From a virus (taxonomy: Duplodnaviria > Caudoviricetes): a stretch of 40,103 bases of DNA. Numbering within the stretch: position 1 is the stretch's first letter; each line of letters opens with the position of its first letter. The translations under genes and the position numbers were made by a program. Below the pieces are notes generated by a model. The model was given only the letters and a program-made list of their open reading frames with translations, ran no database searches and was not told the origin of the DNA. Shown piece by piece: positions 18,227 to 28,366 of the stretch. The stretch is from the IMG/VR virus record IMGVR_UViG_3300005573_000165, positions 1-40,103 of that record. One strand, given 5' to 3'.

Positions 18227-18779
18227 GTCGGAGTATCAGATGGTGGGCCGCTGGCCGGGCATCGAGGCCCTGCAAGGGGCCGTCACGTCTGGCCTGCAAG
18301 CGCCGGTCAAGGCAGCTCGCAGCCTGTGGCAGCCCAGCCTGGCGCTGTGGCAGAGCTATCTGCAGCCGTCCTACCTGGACGTGACGAGCGACCCCCTCCT
18401 GCAGCAGACGATCGAGGCGGCGCAGGGGCCGGCCCTGGCCTACTACCAGAAGCAGCAGCAGCAGGCGCTAGCGCCCTGGCTCCAGGCCGGCCTGACGTTC
18501 TCCAGCGGGCGGCAGGCGGCGATGACCGAGCTGGCCGGCGAGCAGGCGCAGCAGCTGGCGAACCTGCGCTACGGCTACCTGTGGCCCGAGTACCAGCGGC
18601 GGGCCGAGCAGCAGTGGGCGGCGAGCCAGATGTGGCCGCAGCTGCAGGAGCTGTTCGCCCGGATCGCAGCGATGGGGACGGGCACGCCAGTGCAGGTCAC
18701 CTACGGCGCGAGCCCGTTTGATCAGCTCCTCCAGGCCGCGACGGCCTGGTGGAAGGCCACGCACATGGGCGGAGGGTAG
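18201..18779 (+). CDS. DNA ejection / pilot protein (putative)
   Basis: Q/A-rich 192 aa; AGL.FSSGR motif; position. Confidence 0.55.
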   Translation: MHSLFGRPESEYQMVGRWPGIEALQGAVTSGLQAPVKAARSLWQPSLALWQSYLQPSYLDVTSDPLLQQTIEAAQGPALAYYQKQQQQALAPWLQAGLTFSSGRQAAMTELAGEQAQQLANLRYGYLWPEYQRRAEQQWAASQMWPQLQELFARIAAMGTGTPVQVTYGASPFDQLLQAATAWWKATHMGGG

Positions 18780-18781
18780 GC

Positions 18782-21019
18782 ATGAGCGCACCCGCAGGCA
18801 TTTGGCCGCAGCCGTCGCGGCAGTGGATGCAGCCCGCGGTTCAGCAGGCCCCGATCACGGGGCAGGCGAACCTGTGGGACACGATCGCGCGCCTGGCGAC
18901 AGCTTTTGCGGACGTGAAGCTGTCGCAGCAGGCAAGGCAGCAGGAAGCGATGCAGATCGTCGGGGAGGCCTCGGTCGACCCCGACAAGTGGCAGATCCTG
19001 CGGTCGGGCCCGGTGAGGGAGTACTTCGCGCGGGTCTACGGCTTCGACCCAGTAGGCTACCTGCCGAAGGAGCAACCGGCCGGGACGCTGGAGCAGCAGC
19101 TGCGGAAGACCCAGCTGGCGATCGCCCAGCAGGAGGCCACGCAGGAGCAGATTCAGACGGACGTGCAGAAGCGACGAGCCGCGCTCCAGAGCCTGGTCTA
19201 CGACCCCCTCAGAGCGGCCTTAAGCGGCCCCGCCGCGCCCGGCCCGCCAGCCCCGGGCCCAGGTGCGGCGGCGCCCCCGTCCGCGACGGCGTCGACGTTT
19301 CCTTCGCTCACCCTGCCCCAGCTGAGCTTGCAGGACGTGCTGAGCGGCAGGCCACGGCCCGCGCCGCCCGCGCCGACGCAGGCTGTCCCCCAGGCCTGGC
19401 AGACGCTGAGCCTCGTGAACGCGCTGGCGAGGCCCGCGACGGCACCGGTAGGGCTTTCGCCGCTCCCTTTTTCTGGTAGGCCGGAAGCCGCCCCCCAGCC
19501 GCAGCCGGTGGCGCTTCCGGCCCCGGCCGCGGCCGCCGCGACGCAGCGCGGGGAGGCCGGGCAGCCCAAGCCGGCGGCGAACGACATAGCCGGCTGGGTG
19601 CGGTACATCTTCTCGGGGGGCGACGTGAGCGAGGTGCCGGCGGCGACGATAACCGCGCTGTACATGGCAGATCCCGACCTTGGCCAGGCGGTTGAGCGCG
19701 GCGTCACCATGGCGCAGGGCGGCCTGAACCAGCGCAACCTCCTCGCGGAGCTGGGCGAGGTCGGGGGCAGGCTCGCGACGATCGTCAACAGGGCGCGCCA
19801 GACCGGGAACCGCCCGGAAGAGCTGGAGGTCATCCCCTTGGTGACGCTCTGGAACAGCCTAGTCAACGTCGGAAAGCAAAGAGGCTTGCTGCCGCGGGAT
19901 TACCTGACCCTTCCAGAGGACCCGGACGCGGCCATCTATCAGATCAGCCCGAGCGTGGCGCTGATGACGCGCACGCGGTTCCAAGAGCAGGAGCTGGAGC
20001 TCGCGCGAAAGCGGTTCGACGAGCTCGTGAGGATGGACAACGCGAGGCTGCAGCAGCAAGAGAGGCGGTTCGCGCTGTCGGCAGCCTCGGCGAGCGCCAC
20101 AAAGCAGGAGCGAGCCGCGCGCATCGCCCTGGCTCAGTCAGCGCTGCGGCTGCAGCTCGTCGGGGCCGAGATGCGGGCGTTCCAGGCTGGCGTCGACAGT
20201 GTGCTGGCCGTGAGACGGGGACAGCTCTCGATGGGGCTGGCTGACGCGAAGCAGGTGATGGCCGAGGCCTGGAACGAGGGTGCAAGACGGGTCTTCCTGC
20301 TGCACCAGGCCGCCGAGCAGGGCATGCCCCTGCCGCCCGGCGGCGCGGCCGGCGGCGGTCTCCCGGGCCTGCCGCAGTCTCCGTTCGTTGTCAACCTTGG
20401 CTCTACCGGGGACTCTGGCCTCGCGCAGGCCTTCGCCGTGTGGGCAAAGATCCTCGCGGGCCAGGGCGGCGGGCAGGGCGGCCAGGGCTCCCAGGCCATC
20501 ATCAAGACGCTGGATCCGACGCAGGACCCCTACGTCGCGCAGGCGACGCACATAATCCTTGCCGGGCTCAAGGCCGGGAAGCCCCAGCAGTCCATCGCGT
20601 CCGACATCCAGCGATACGCCGACCAGGTCCTGGCGGAGTCCAGCAAGTCCCAGCAGATTCCGCCGGGCGCGCAGCTCTTCCGACCCGAGATCCTCGATCC
20701 CCGCTCGCCGGCTTGGCAGCGCGCCTTCGCGATTAAGGAGTCGCTGGACTACGTGAACAGCCGCGGTGCGCGGGACGCTCTGAGGTCTGGCGACCCCAGC
20801 GCCATCCGCAGGGCCGCCGAGAGAATCGTGCAGATTTACCGCAGCCACGGGATCGCTATCACGGCCGCGGACGCGATCGTCCGGTACCGGCTGGGGCCGC
20901 CGAGGGAAAGGCCGCTGCCCCGGCAGACCATGGGAGCGTGGCGGGGTGAGACGCGTAGGGCCCTGCCCGAGTTCGACGCGTGGGGGCATGTCACCCGCGG
21001 GGGTGAGTCACCGTTCTAG
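18782..21019 (+). CDS. Internal virion / ejection protein (putative)
   Basis: 745 aa, Q/A/P-rich with coiled coils. Confidence 0.6.
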   Translation: MSAPAGIWPQPSRQWMQPAVQQAPITGQANLWDTIARLATAFADVKLSQQARQQEAMQIVGEASVDPDKWQILRSGPVREYFARVYGFDPVGYLPKEQPAGTLEQQLRKTQLAIAQQEATQEQIQTDVQKRRAALQSLVYDPLRAALSGPAAPGPPAPGPGAAAPPSATASTFPSLTLPQLSLQDVLSGRPRPAPPAPTQAVPQAWQTLSLVNALARPATAPVGLSPLPFSGRPEAAPQPQPVALPAPAAAAATQRGEAGQPKPAANDIAGWVRYIFSGGDVSEVPAATITALYMADPDLGQAVERGVTMAQGGLNQRNLLAELGEVGGRLATIVNRARQTGNRPEELEVIPLVTLWNSLVNVGKQRGLLPRDYLTLPEDPDAAIYQISPSVALMTRTRFQEQELELARKRFDELVRMDNARLQQQERRFALSAASASATKQERAARIALAQSALRLQLVGAEMRAFQAGVDSVLAVRRGQLSMGLADAKQVMAEAWNEGARRVFLLHQAAEQGMPLPPGGAAGGGLPGLPQSPFVVNLGSTGDSGLAQAFAVWAKILAGQGGGQGGQGSQAIIKTLDPTQDPYVAQATHIILAGLKAGKPQQSIASDIQRYADQVLAESSKSQQIPPGAQLFRPEILDPRSPAWQRAFAIKESLDYVNSRGARDALRSGDPSAIRRAAERIVQIYRSHGIAITAADAIVRYRLGPPRERPLPRQTMGAWRGETRRALPEFDAWGHVTRGGESPF

Positions 21020-21033
21020 GGAGGGAGGCGAAG

Positions 21034-24000
21034 ATGACCGCGCCGTGGAACCCGTTTGACCTCCGCCAGAGCCCGCAGCTCGCCCCCGGCAATCCGCCAT
21101 ACCCGGAGACGCTGCCGGACCCCGAGGACATCCGGCGCCTCGTCGCTGCCCACCCGCTGCCGGGGCTGCCGTCCCGGCCCGATGTCGCCACCCCGGCCGG
21201 CGCGTACGTCGGCGAGCCCGGGCTGGCTCCCGCCCTGAGGCCCGAACCGGAAGCGCCGCGGACGAGCCTGCGCAACGTCGGGCTGTGGCTGCTGAGGGGC
21301 GCGGCGAAGGTGATGGAGTCGACCCCGAAGCCAGGGATGCGGCTCGTCTTTGGCGTGAAGACGAAACCTGGGGAGACCGCGGAGCACGCCTTCGCCCGGG
21401 AGATGTCCGTCCTCGACACGCTCGCGCGCTACACACCCGGGGTCGGCGAGCTGCCGGAGCCGGCCAAGGGGCCGCGGGGCCTGCTCGACGTGTTCGGCGG
21501 ACCGTCCCGGCGCAGCTACTTCCAGGCCTACCGGCAGTGGGCCGCGGGCGACACGACGGCGCACGGGCCGCCGGCGCCGTTCCAGTCGTGGGACGAGGTC
21601 GAGCGGCTCGCCCTCACCGAGGAGGCCAAGGGAGTCAGGGGCTTCTTCACCCGGACTCTTCCGGCCTGGGCGTTCAGCGCGATCGTTGACCCGCTGACCT
21701 ATTTCGGCGAGCCGGTCGTGAAGGCCGGGCTGAAGGTGGCGGGCTGGGCTCTGCGCCCGGCGGGCGGCCTGGCGCTGAAGTTCAGCCAGGCTGCGCTCGG
21801 CAGGTTCCCGACGCTGGCGGTCATAAAGCGGCAGCTGCTGCCCGGCACCGCGCTTGGCCGGCTCGCGGTGCGAGAGGCTGGCGAGCAGGCCATGATCAGC
21901 TTCGCCCGCCTGGCCCGGGTCTTCGGCAACGACCTGTCGGGCATCGTCAAGGAGGTCACCAGAATCGGAAACTCGCTTGGCAGGGGCGCGGAGGGCAGGC
22001 GGGCCTTCGACGAGCTTCTGGCCGCTTTTGCGGACGCGGGCGAGAAAGCGGGGCTGGAGACGGCCACTCAGTGGATCAAGAGCGTGGAGAGCAGCGTCCT
22101 CGAGCAGGCCGGCCGCCTCGGTATTCGGGTCCCGGGGGGCGCTGTCGAGAGGGTCGCGGAGGCAGCGCGGTTGTTCCGCGGCCAGACGATGGCGGACACG
22201 CGGGCAGCGCGCAGGGCCCTTGGGCCGCTCCTGGGCGGTCTGCGGGCGAGTCCCGCCGCTGGGGCCGGCGAGCCGCTCGCTCCCGAGTGGCTGCTCGCGG
22301 CCCTGCGGCGGCGTGGGAGCGTGCCCGACCTGGAACCGATCCTCGGCGCTGCCGCGGAGACGGTCGGGCGGACATCCGCCGTCAGCACGCTGTACTCGCT
22401 GGGGCAGAAGCTGGCAAACGCGGTGACGGACGAGGCCAGCGGCGCGCCGCTGTACAGGCTGGTGGGCTTCAGCGACGATGAGGCCGCAGCGCTGTCACGC
22501 CTGGTGGGCATGCTCAGCAGAGACGAGCCGGCGTGGCGGGGCGTCTCCGCGGCCAGCCCGCGGGACGCCTTCGCCTCGCTCTTTGCGCTGATGTATGACA
22601 AACCCGGCGTGGCCCAGAGGCAGTTCGGCAAGCAGGTTCGCACCCTCACAGCCGCGCTGGAGCGCCACCTGCGCCCCGCGGCCGAGGAGCACCTGAAGGA
22701 GCTCCTGGGAGATATCTCCCGTCTCGCTCCGACCGACCGCCTCAGGGCCTGGGCGGACAAGCTCGCCGGCGGCCTCCTGCGGCAGGATGGGACCGTCGCC
22801 TTCCGGTTCGGCTCCCCCAAGGCGGGCCAGGCCCTGGCGCACCTGGAGCGCATCCGAGACGCGCTGCAGCGCTTCGAGCAGGCGGGCGCGCTCACCCAGC
22901 CCTGGCGGCAGAGACTTCTCCAGACCCTCGGGGATCAGGGCCTCCTGGACGCGATGACGCAGGCGAGGGACGCGGCGATCGCAAAAGAGGCGGAGAGGCT
23001 GGCTGCCGACCCGGGGTTTGGGGACTGGGTAACGAGCGTCTTCCCCCAGGCGAGGGAGGCGCTCGAGCGGTACTGGAGCGCCAAGGGCAAGCTCTGGGAC
23101 CGGCTGGGGGAGCTGGGGGTCTATGATCCCACGACGGTGGCGAGGCTGAAGGCGCTCGGTCACCTGCACATGGATCACCTGCTGCTCAGCGGGCGCATGG
23201 CCGAGGCCCTGGAGACGCTGATCAGCAAGGGCGACCCGGACGTCGCGGCCCTGGCCGCCAAGTACCGGACGATGTTCGAGCGCGCGACCGGCATCCGCAC
23301 GAGCGGCACCGCCGCGATTGGCGCGATCCGCAGGCCGCGCTCGCTCCCGCCTGGCAGCTTTCTGCACGGCGTTCTGGAGGCGGAGAAGTCCGCCATACGG
23401 CGCATGGAGGTCGGCGGGCGGCAGCTCCTGGCCGGAATCAAGGTCGCCGAGCTCCAGCGCCAGCTCGGCGCGCTGGGCGACGCGGCAGCGCGCGCGGAGC
23501 CGGTGCGCCAAGGCGGCAGAGTAATCTGGGCACCGACGGGGCGCTTCACCTGGCCCCTCCGGCGCAGCAAGGAGTACGAGGCTTTCTTCCGCGCCTGGGA
23601 GGAGAGGATGGGCCGGGCGGCGCCCTCCACGCTCTACCTGGCAGACGAGGTGGCGATGCCCCTGCTGGGCCTCAATAAGCTTGTGCAGGCCAGCGAGTGG
23701 CTTCGGCGAATGCCTGTTCTCGGGCCCCTGTGGAGCTACGGCATGGGCGTCTGGAAGCTGGCGCGGACCGCCTACTACCTGCCGACCATCGTTGGGAACC
23801 TCCTGGGCGGCGCGATCCAAGAGAACATTCCCGGGCGCGTGCCCGGCTGGCTCATCCCGGCGGCGCGCACGGTGTCGGCCATCGACCTGCACGCGGGCGG
23901 GCCTCTGACCCGGGCGTTCGAGGAGCACTCGGCGGGGCTCGGCACGAACCTGGTGAGGACGGAGGCGGGCCGCCTCTACAACCTCGCCGGGCCCCTGACG

Positions 24001-25266
24001 CCGCGTCCGGGGCACGTCGGCGAGGAGATATGGGGCTGGATGACGCGCGCCCTGCGCAAGCCGATGGACGCATATGCTGCGGCCGATCGCTGGGCGCGGC
24101 TCAGCATATTCACGGCGAACAGGTGGATGGGCCTCAGCGATGCCGAAGCGGCCAAGATCGCCGACCTCGCGACGATCCGCTACGACCGCATTCACCCGCT
24201 CATCTCGTTCCTGGGGGACACCGGCATCTATCCGTTTGTCCGCTTCTACGCAGGCTCCGTGGATGCCTTCGCCCGCGAGGCGATCAGGAACCCGGCCCGG
24301 TACGCTAACTGGCTGAGGGCCTTTCGCGCCGTCACCTACGCGGACGCGACGCCGGAGCAGGCCGAGGCCGAGCGGACCCTGCTGCCGCCCTATGCCGGCC
24401 CCTACGCGATCCGCGCGAATTTCAACGACGCCTATGGCCGGCCCGTCTGGGCGACCCTGCGGTACACGTTTCCGCTGGTGGGCGAGGAGAACCTCGACTT
24501 CATCGCGAGCCTGGGAGGGCCCCTCACGGCGATCGCGAACGCCATCACCGGCCAGGACGCCTTCACTGGCCAGAGGATATTCGAGTCCAACGACCCGCCG
24601 GACGTGAAGATCGGCGCCGCGCTCAACTACCTCCTTGGGACCCTCCTTGTGCCGCACATTCCGATGGTGAAGCGGGTCACCAACGCGCGCAGGGCCCAGC
24701 CGATCCTCCAGCGGGCTCTAGAGAAGCGCCGCTCGGGCCTGCCGCTCACCGACCTGGAGCGGCGCACGATGCGGTCCGCGCCGACCGTGCTGCAGGCGAT
24801 ACTGCGCAGCAGCGGCATCCGGTTGTACCCCGTCGACACCAGCGAGGAGACCGTTTCGGACGTTCTGCGGCAGAAGCAGGGCGCCTATGAGCGCGCCTTC
24901 GAGGACCTCCGGGGGTTCATCCTCCGGCCCAGGCGGTCGATGTCACCCGTCGACTACGCGCTCGAGCTCTGGGAGCGCCGGCGAAGGGCCGCCGAAGCGC
25001 TCCAGGACTGGGACCGCGCGCTCTGGGCCGCGCAGGCGCTCGGGAAAGCGGACAGGACGCTCCGGATTGTGCCGGCGGGCATGACCGCGCAGGACGCTGT
25101 AGACGCGCGGGCGAGGCGGCTGGCGGAGCAGTCGCAGAGCGGCCTCGCAGCCCTGATAACGTCGGGCGAGGCTCTCCGGCCGCCGGCGGAGGAGGAGGGT
25201 CTCCCGGAAAGCACGCAAGAGTTCTTGACAGAGGGGCCGCCCGGCGGTATAATGCCAGCGCAATGA
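21034..25266 (+). CDS. Large internal virion / ejection protein
   Basis: 1410 aa helical; DPLTY near N-terminus, PFVRFY and G.D.FTG..I in C-terminal region; last gene of the virion module. Confidence 0.7.
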   Translation: MTAPWNPFDLRQSPQLAPGNPPYPETLPDPEDIRRLVAAHPLPGLPSRPDVATPAGAYVGEPGLAPALRPEPEAPRTSLRNVGLWLLRGAAKVMESTPKPGMRLVFGVKTKPGETAEHAFAREMSVLDTLARYTPGVGELPEPAKGPRGLLDVFGGPSRRSYFQAYRQWAAGDTTAHGPPAPFQSWDEVERLALTEEAKGVRGFFTRTLPAWAFSAIVDPLTYFGEPVVKAGLKVAGWALRPAGGLALKFSQAALGRFPTLAVIKRQLLPGTALGRLAVREAGEQAMISFARLARVFGNDLSGIVKEVTRIGNSLGRGAEGRRAFDELLAAFADAGEKAGLETATQWIKSVESSVLEQAGRLGIRVPGGAVERVAEAARLFRGQTMADTRAARRALGPLLGGLRASPAAGAGEPLAPEWLLAALRRRGSVPDLEPILGAAAETVGRTSAVSTLYSLGQKLANAVTDEASGAPLYRLVGFSDDEAAALSRLVGMLSRDEPAWRGVSAASPRDAFASLFALMYDKPGVAQRQFGKQVRTLTAALERHLRPAAEEHLKELLGDISRLAPTDRLRAWADKLAGGLLRQDGTVAFRFGSPKAGQALAHLERIRDALQRFEQAGALTQPWRQRLLQTLGDQGLLDAMTQARDAAIAKEAERLAADPGFGDWVTSVFPQAREALERYWSAKGKLWDRLGELGVYDPTTVARLKALGHLHMDHLLLSGRMAEALETLISKGDPDVAALAAKYRTMFERATGIRTSGTAAIGAIRRPRSLPPGSFLHGVLEAEKSAIRRMEVGGRQLLAGIKVAELQRQLGALGDAAARAEPVRQGGRVIWAPTGRFTWPLRRSKEYEAFFRAWEERMGRAAPSTLYLADEVAMPLLGLNKLVQASEWLRRMPVLGPLWSYGMGVWKLARTAYYLPTIVGNLLGGAIQENIPGRVPGWLIPAARTVSAIDLHAGGPLTRAFEEHSAGLGTNLVRTEAGRLYNLAGPLTPRPGHVGEEIWGWMTRALRKPMDAYAAADRWARLSIFTANRWMGLSDAEAAKIADLATIRYDRIHPLISFLGDTGIYPFVRFYAGSVDAFAREAIRNPARYANWLRAFRAVTYADATPEQAEAERTLLPPYAGPYAIRANFNDAYGRPVWATLRYTFPLVGEENLDFIASLGGPLTAIANAITGQDAFTGQRIFESNDPPDVKIGAALNYLLGTLLVPHIPMVKRVTNARRAQPILQRALEKRRSGLPLTDLERRTMRSAPTVLQAILRSSGIRLYPVDTSEETVSDVLRQKQGAYERAFEDLRGFILRPRRSMSPVDYALELWERRRRAAEALQDWDRALWAAQALGKADRTLRIVPAGMTAQDAVDARARRLAEQSQSGLAALITSGEALRPPAEEEGLPESTQEFLTEGPPGGIMPAQ
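25225..25253 (+). promoter_or_regulatory. Perfect consensus sigma70 promoter for the replication operon
   Basis: TTGACA (25225-30), 17 nt, TATAAT (25248-53); ATG at 25263. Confidence 0.9.
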
Positions 25267-25556
25267 AGATTGACGATGACCTTGCTGCGAGGGCGCGGTT
25301 GATCGCCCGCGGGTATCGGTTGGCAGTCGCAGACGGCCCCTCGATTCGGCGATGCAGGAGGCTCCTGGGAATCTCCCAGGCCGAGCTCGCGCGGGCCATG
25401 GGCGTTCACCCGGCCTCGTTGTCCCGCTGGGAGACGGGATGGCTGACTCCGTCCCCGCAGCGGCTTTGGCAGGCCAGGGAGAACATGCTCCGGATCGTGG
25501 CGGAGCGCCTGCGGTGGGCGAGGGAGGAAGCCGAGAGGGAGGGAGGTCCACGATGA
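25263..25556 (+). CDS. XRE-family HTH transcriptional regulator (Cro/CI-like)
   Basis: IRRCRRLLGISQAELARAMGVHPASLSRWETG..P. Confidence 0.85.
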   Translation: MKIDDDLAARARLIARGYRLAVADGPSIRRCRRLLGISQAELARAMGVHPASLSRWETGWLTPSPQRLWQARENMLRIVAERLRWAREEAEREGGPR

Positions 25557-26056
25557 TGCTGAGGAGCGCCGCAGTAGTCACGGCGGGTCTGCTGCTGGTG
25601 GCGGCCCTGGCCGGCTGCCGCTCGGGGGCGGAGACGCTCTTCCGTCCGGGCGCGGCATACGCGTCTTGCGTCACAGGTCCCGACCCCACGGTCACGCTCT
25701 CGGCTGATCGGACAGCCGTCAAGGTCGGCGACACGGTCACCCTCTCCAGCGTGGTCTCCGTGCCCGCGACCGAGGCGACGACGGCACAGCAGGTCGTCTG
25801 GAGGTATCAGATCCCGGCCGGTTTCGGGCTCGTCAGCGCGACAGGTCCCAAGGCGGTTGCCAACCAGGCGACCGCGACCTGGACAAACCCGGACGGCTCT
25901 CAGGGGACGGCCAGCAGTGACACGGTGGTGGTCGTCGTCTTGGGCGCCGCCCTCTCGCTGACCCCGGACGCCGACCGGTGGCTGACCGTGCCGTGCGGCG
26001 ACGTCAGGCCAGGCGAGCAGCGCGCGATCGCCCTGACCCTCAAGTACACAGGCTGA
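25553..26056 (+). CDS. Lipoprotein with DUF11-like Ig domain
   Basis: Signal peptide ending in lipobox LAGC; ADRTAVKVGDTVT, IPAGF.LVS and GDVRPGE...I.L motifs. Confidence 0.7.
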   Translation: MMLRSAAVVTAGLLLVAALAGCRSGAETLFRPGAAYASCVTGPDPTVTLSADRTAVKVGDTVTLSSVVSVPATEATTAQQVVWRYQIPAGFGLVSATGPKAVANQATATWTNPDGSQGTASSDTVVVVVLGAALSLTPDADRWLTVPCGDVRPGEQRAIALTLKYTG

Positions 26057-26066
26057 GAGGAAAATC

Positions 26067-26213
26067 GGCGGCCCCGGGGAAATAAAAGCCCGCCGCCGGG
26101 GCGCCCTGGCTGTCCCCCACCTCCCTTCCTTCCCTCCAGGGCGCCCCGAACAAACCCCGGTCTGTGCTCGCCGGGGACCCGGGGCCGCCCCGATCCCGTC
26201 TGAATCGGCGGGA
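26067..26213 (+). ncRNA. Candidate structured RNA with anti-Shine-Dalgarno-like loop
   Basis: Nested stems 26067-78/26178-89, 26097-109/26136-148, 26155-60/26171-76, plus hairpin 26194-213. Confidence 0.5.
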
Positions 26214-26247
26214 CAGATGTGGTATCTACGGGCCGAAGGGAGGCAGG

Positions 26248-26409
26248 ATGAAGGAAGCTATTCTAGCAGTCCTCCTCGCGGCGATGGCGCTGACCGCCGC
26301 TAGCATTGGCGCGACGCGGGCGGAGACGGTGCGGCGGCAGCGCATCGTCAGCCACGGCTGCCAGGACCGGGCCTGGTGCTGGCAGTACGTCAGGAAGGAG
26401 GCGAGATGA
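26248..26409 (+). CDS. Small protein with N-terminal signal/TM segment
   Basis: SD gaagggagg; MKEAILAVLLAAMALTAA. Confidence 0.5.
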   Translation: MKEAILAVLLAAMALTAASIGATRAETVRRQRIVSHGCQDRAWCWQYVRKEAR

Positions 26410-27293
26410 GCACGTGGGAGGAGCAGCACAAGGGGGCGCTCGCCGCCTCCGAGCTCGGCAAGTGTCTCCACTGCGCCGCGGCGAGGCTGGCGGGGCGACC
26501 GAAAACGCGGCCGTACACGCCGGCCCAGGTCCGCCGCATGTCGGTGGGGGCGCACTTCGAGGGCCTGGAGGCGGCCGCCCTGCGCGAGGAGGGGCGGCCG
26601 TTCTACCCGGGGCGCCTTATCACCCTGGCGGGCGAGGGCATTCCGGTCCGGGGGCGGCCGGACTTCGTCGTGCAGCGGGACGGCCAAGTAACCATTCGCG
26701 AGGTCAAGTACCGCAGCCGGGGCCCGCTGGAGCCGGAGCGGGAGTGGAGGTACCAGGTCGGGGTGTACCGCCTGCGGTACGACGGCTGCCCCGGGGAGTT
26801 CGCTCTCTACAGCCTCGACGACCGCGTGGTTGTCGACGCGGGGGAGATCCCCTCGGACCTGCCGCTGCTGCTGCGCGAGTGGCGGCTGGCGCTCGCGGGT
26901 GTGCTGGAAGGCAAGTACCAGCCGGAGGAGCTCCCGCACGAGCCCTGCTGGTGCCGGCGCAGCGAGTGGGCGTGCCCGGACTGCGTCGGCGCCCGGCGCG
27001 CCGATACCGAGCTCGCGCCGCTGGAGCGGGAGCGGCTGGCGCGGTTCGGTGAGCTCAGGGCGTTCTACGAAGGAATGCGGCTGCGGGACCGAGAATACGA
27101 GGCGGCCCGCCTGGCGGCGCAGGAGATCGTGGCGGCTCACGGAGGCGAGGTGCGGTACGGCGGGAAGGTCTACCGGCTGCGGGAGACCCGGTCCACGAGA
27201 GTCGACGTGAAGGCGATCCCGCCGGAGCTGAAGGAGAGCCTTCCGGTCACCGAGGTCGTCACCCGCACGGTGCTCGTGGAGGAGGAAGAATGA
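26406..27293 (+). CDS. Cas4-like PD-(D/E)xK exonuclease
   Basis: ASELGKC, GRPD, REVK and YQVGVY motifs plus C-terminal C.WC...C.DC Fe-S-type ligands. Confidence 0.75.
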   Translation: MSTWEEQHKGALAASELGKCLHCAAARLAGRPKTRPYTPAQVRRMSVGAHFEGLEAAALREEGRPFYPGRLITLAGEGIPVRGRPDFVVQRDGQVTIREVKYRSRGPLEPEREWRYQVGVYRLRYDGCPGEFALYSLDDRVVVDAGEIPSDLPLLLREWRLALAGVLEGKYQPEELPHEPCWCRRSEWACPDCVGARRADTELAPLERERLARFGELRAFYEGMRLRDREYEAARLAAQEIVAAHGGEVRYGGKVYRLRETRSTRVDVKAIPPELKESLPVTEVVTRTVLVEEEE

Positions 27294-28357
27294 GCACAGA
27301 AGTTTCAGTCCGCAGGAGCGAGGAGAGCGGGCTCGCCCTCGTGCAGCCCAAGGTCTGGCCGTCCCGCGTTTTCCCGGGAGTGCAGATCGCGGTGAGCGTG
27401 GCGGACGTGCAGGCCCTGTACCGCAGCAAGCACGGCCCGCCCCCGGTGACCGACGCCCAGCAGTTCCTGCTGTTCTGCGCCGGCTGGGGCGTCGACCCGA
27501 GAATCGGGCAGGCCTTTCTCATCCCGTTCGAGGAGACGAGCCCCACGGGCCAGAAGTACGTCGTCTGGCAGAGGGGACTCTCCTACGACACCTTCCGGCA
27601 CTTCGCGGAGCAGACCGGCGTAGTGCTCGGCGACCGCTTCCGCCCGCCGGTGCGGGAATGGCCGAAGGAGTTCGATCCGGACTTCTGGGTAGAGATCGAG
27701 ATCGTCCGCAGGCCTCCCCTCCTGCCCATCGTCTACGGCGCATACCTGCGCGAGCTGGCGCAGATGCGAGACAACAAGCTGGCCCGGGCCTGGCGGGATG
27801 ACAAGGTAGGCTGGCGGCATATGGCCCAGGTCCGCCTGATCGCCCGCGGCTACCGGCTGGCGACGGGCCTCTCCCGAGCCTACCTGGCTGAGGAGTTTCA
27901 GCCTGCGGAACCGGAGGGCTACGAAGAGGCGGTGGTGATACCACCGGCCGGGGAGGTGGAGGCGAGCATGGCGGCCCAGGCCGCGCCGGCTCCCGTGACC
28001 GCGGGTGCAGCCGGAGCGGAGGCGGCGTCTGAGCCGGCGGCCGCCGCCGCTGCCGCGCCGGAGCCCGATCCCTGGGAGGAGGAGGCGCCGGCCGAACCCC
28101 GGGGCCAACCGGAGGGTGAGCCCGAGGAGACGCCGGCCCAGCAGATGGCCCGGCACATCGCCGGCCTCTCCGACGAGGAGGTGGCGGCCGAGCTGAGGAA
28201 GCAGCTGCGCAGCCGCCACCAAACCGGCCAGGCGATCCGCGCCTGGGTAGAGCAGGCCCTGGGGCGGTCCGCGGGGAAGATGAGCGAGCTGACCCCGCAG
28301 GAGCGGCGGGACCTTCTTACCCGCCACTGGAAGGAGATTCTCAGGCCTCTCAGTTGA
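27290..28357 (+). CDS. RecT/Bet-like single-strand annealing protein (putative)
   Basis: QFLLFC...GVDP..GQAFLIPF resembles the Bet/RecT N-terminus; acidic linker and small C-terminal domain; follows the exonuclease. Confidence 0.6.
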   Translation: MSTEVSVRRSEESGLALVQPKVWPSRVFPGVQIAVSVADVQALYRSKHGPPPVTDAQQFLLFCAGWGVDPRIGQAFLIPFEETSPTGQKYVVWQRGLSYDTFRHFAEQTGVVLGDRFRPPVREWPKEFDPDFWVEIEIVRRPPLLPIVYGAYLRELAQMRDNKLARAWRDDKVGWRHMAQVRLIARGYRLATGLSRAYLAEEFQPAEPEGYEEAVVIPPAGEVEASMAAQAAPAPVTAGAAGAEAASEPAAAAAAAPEPDPWEEEAPAEPRGQPEGEPEETPAQQMARHIAGLSDEEVAAELRKQLRSRHQTGQAIRAWVEQALGRSAGKMSELTPQERRDLLTRHWKEILRPLS

Positions 28358-28366
28358 ACAGTCTTC

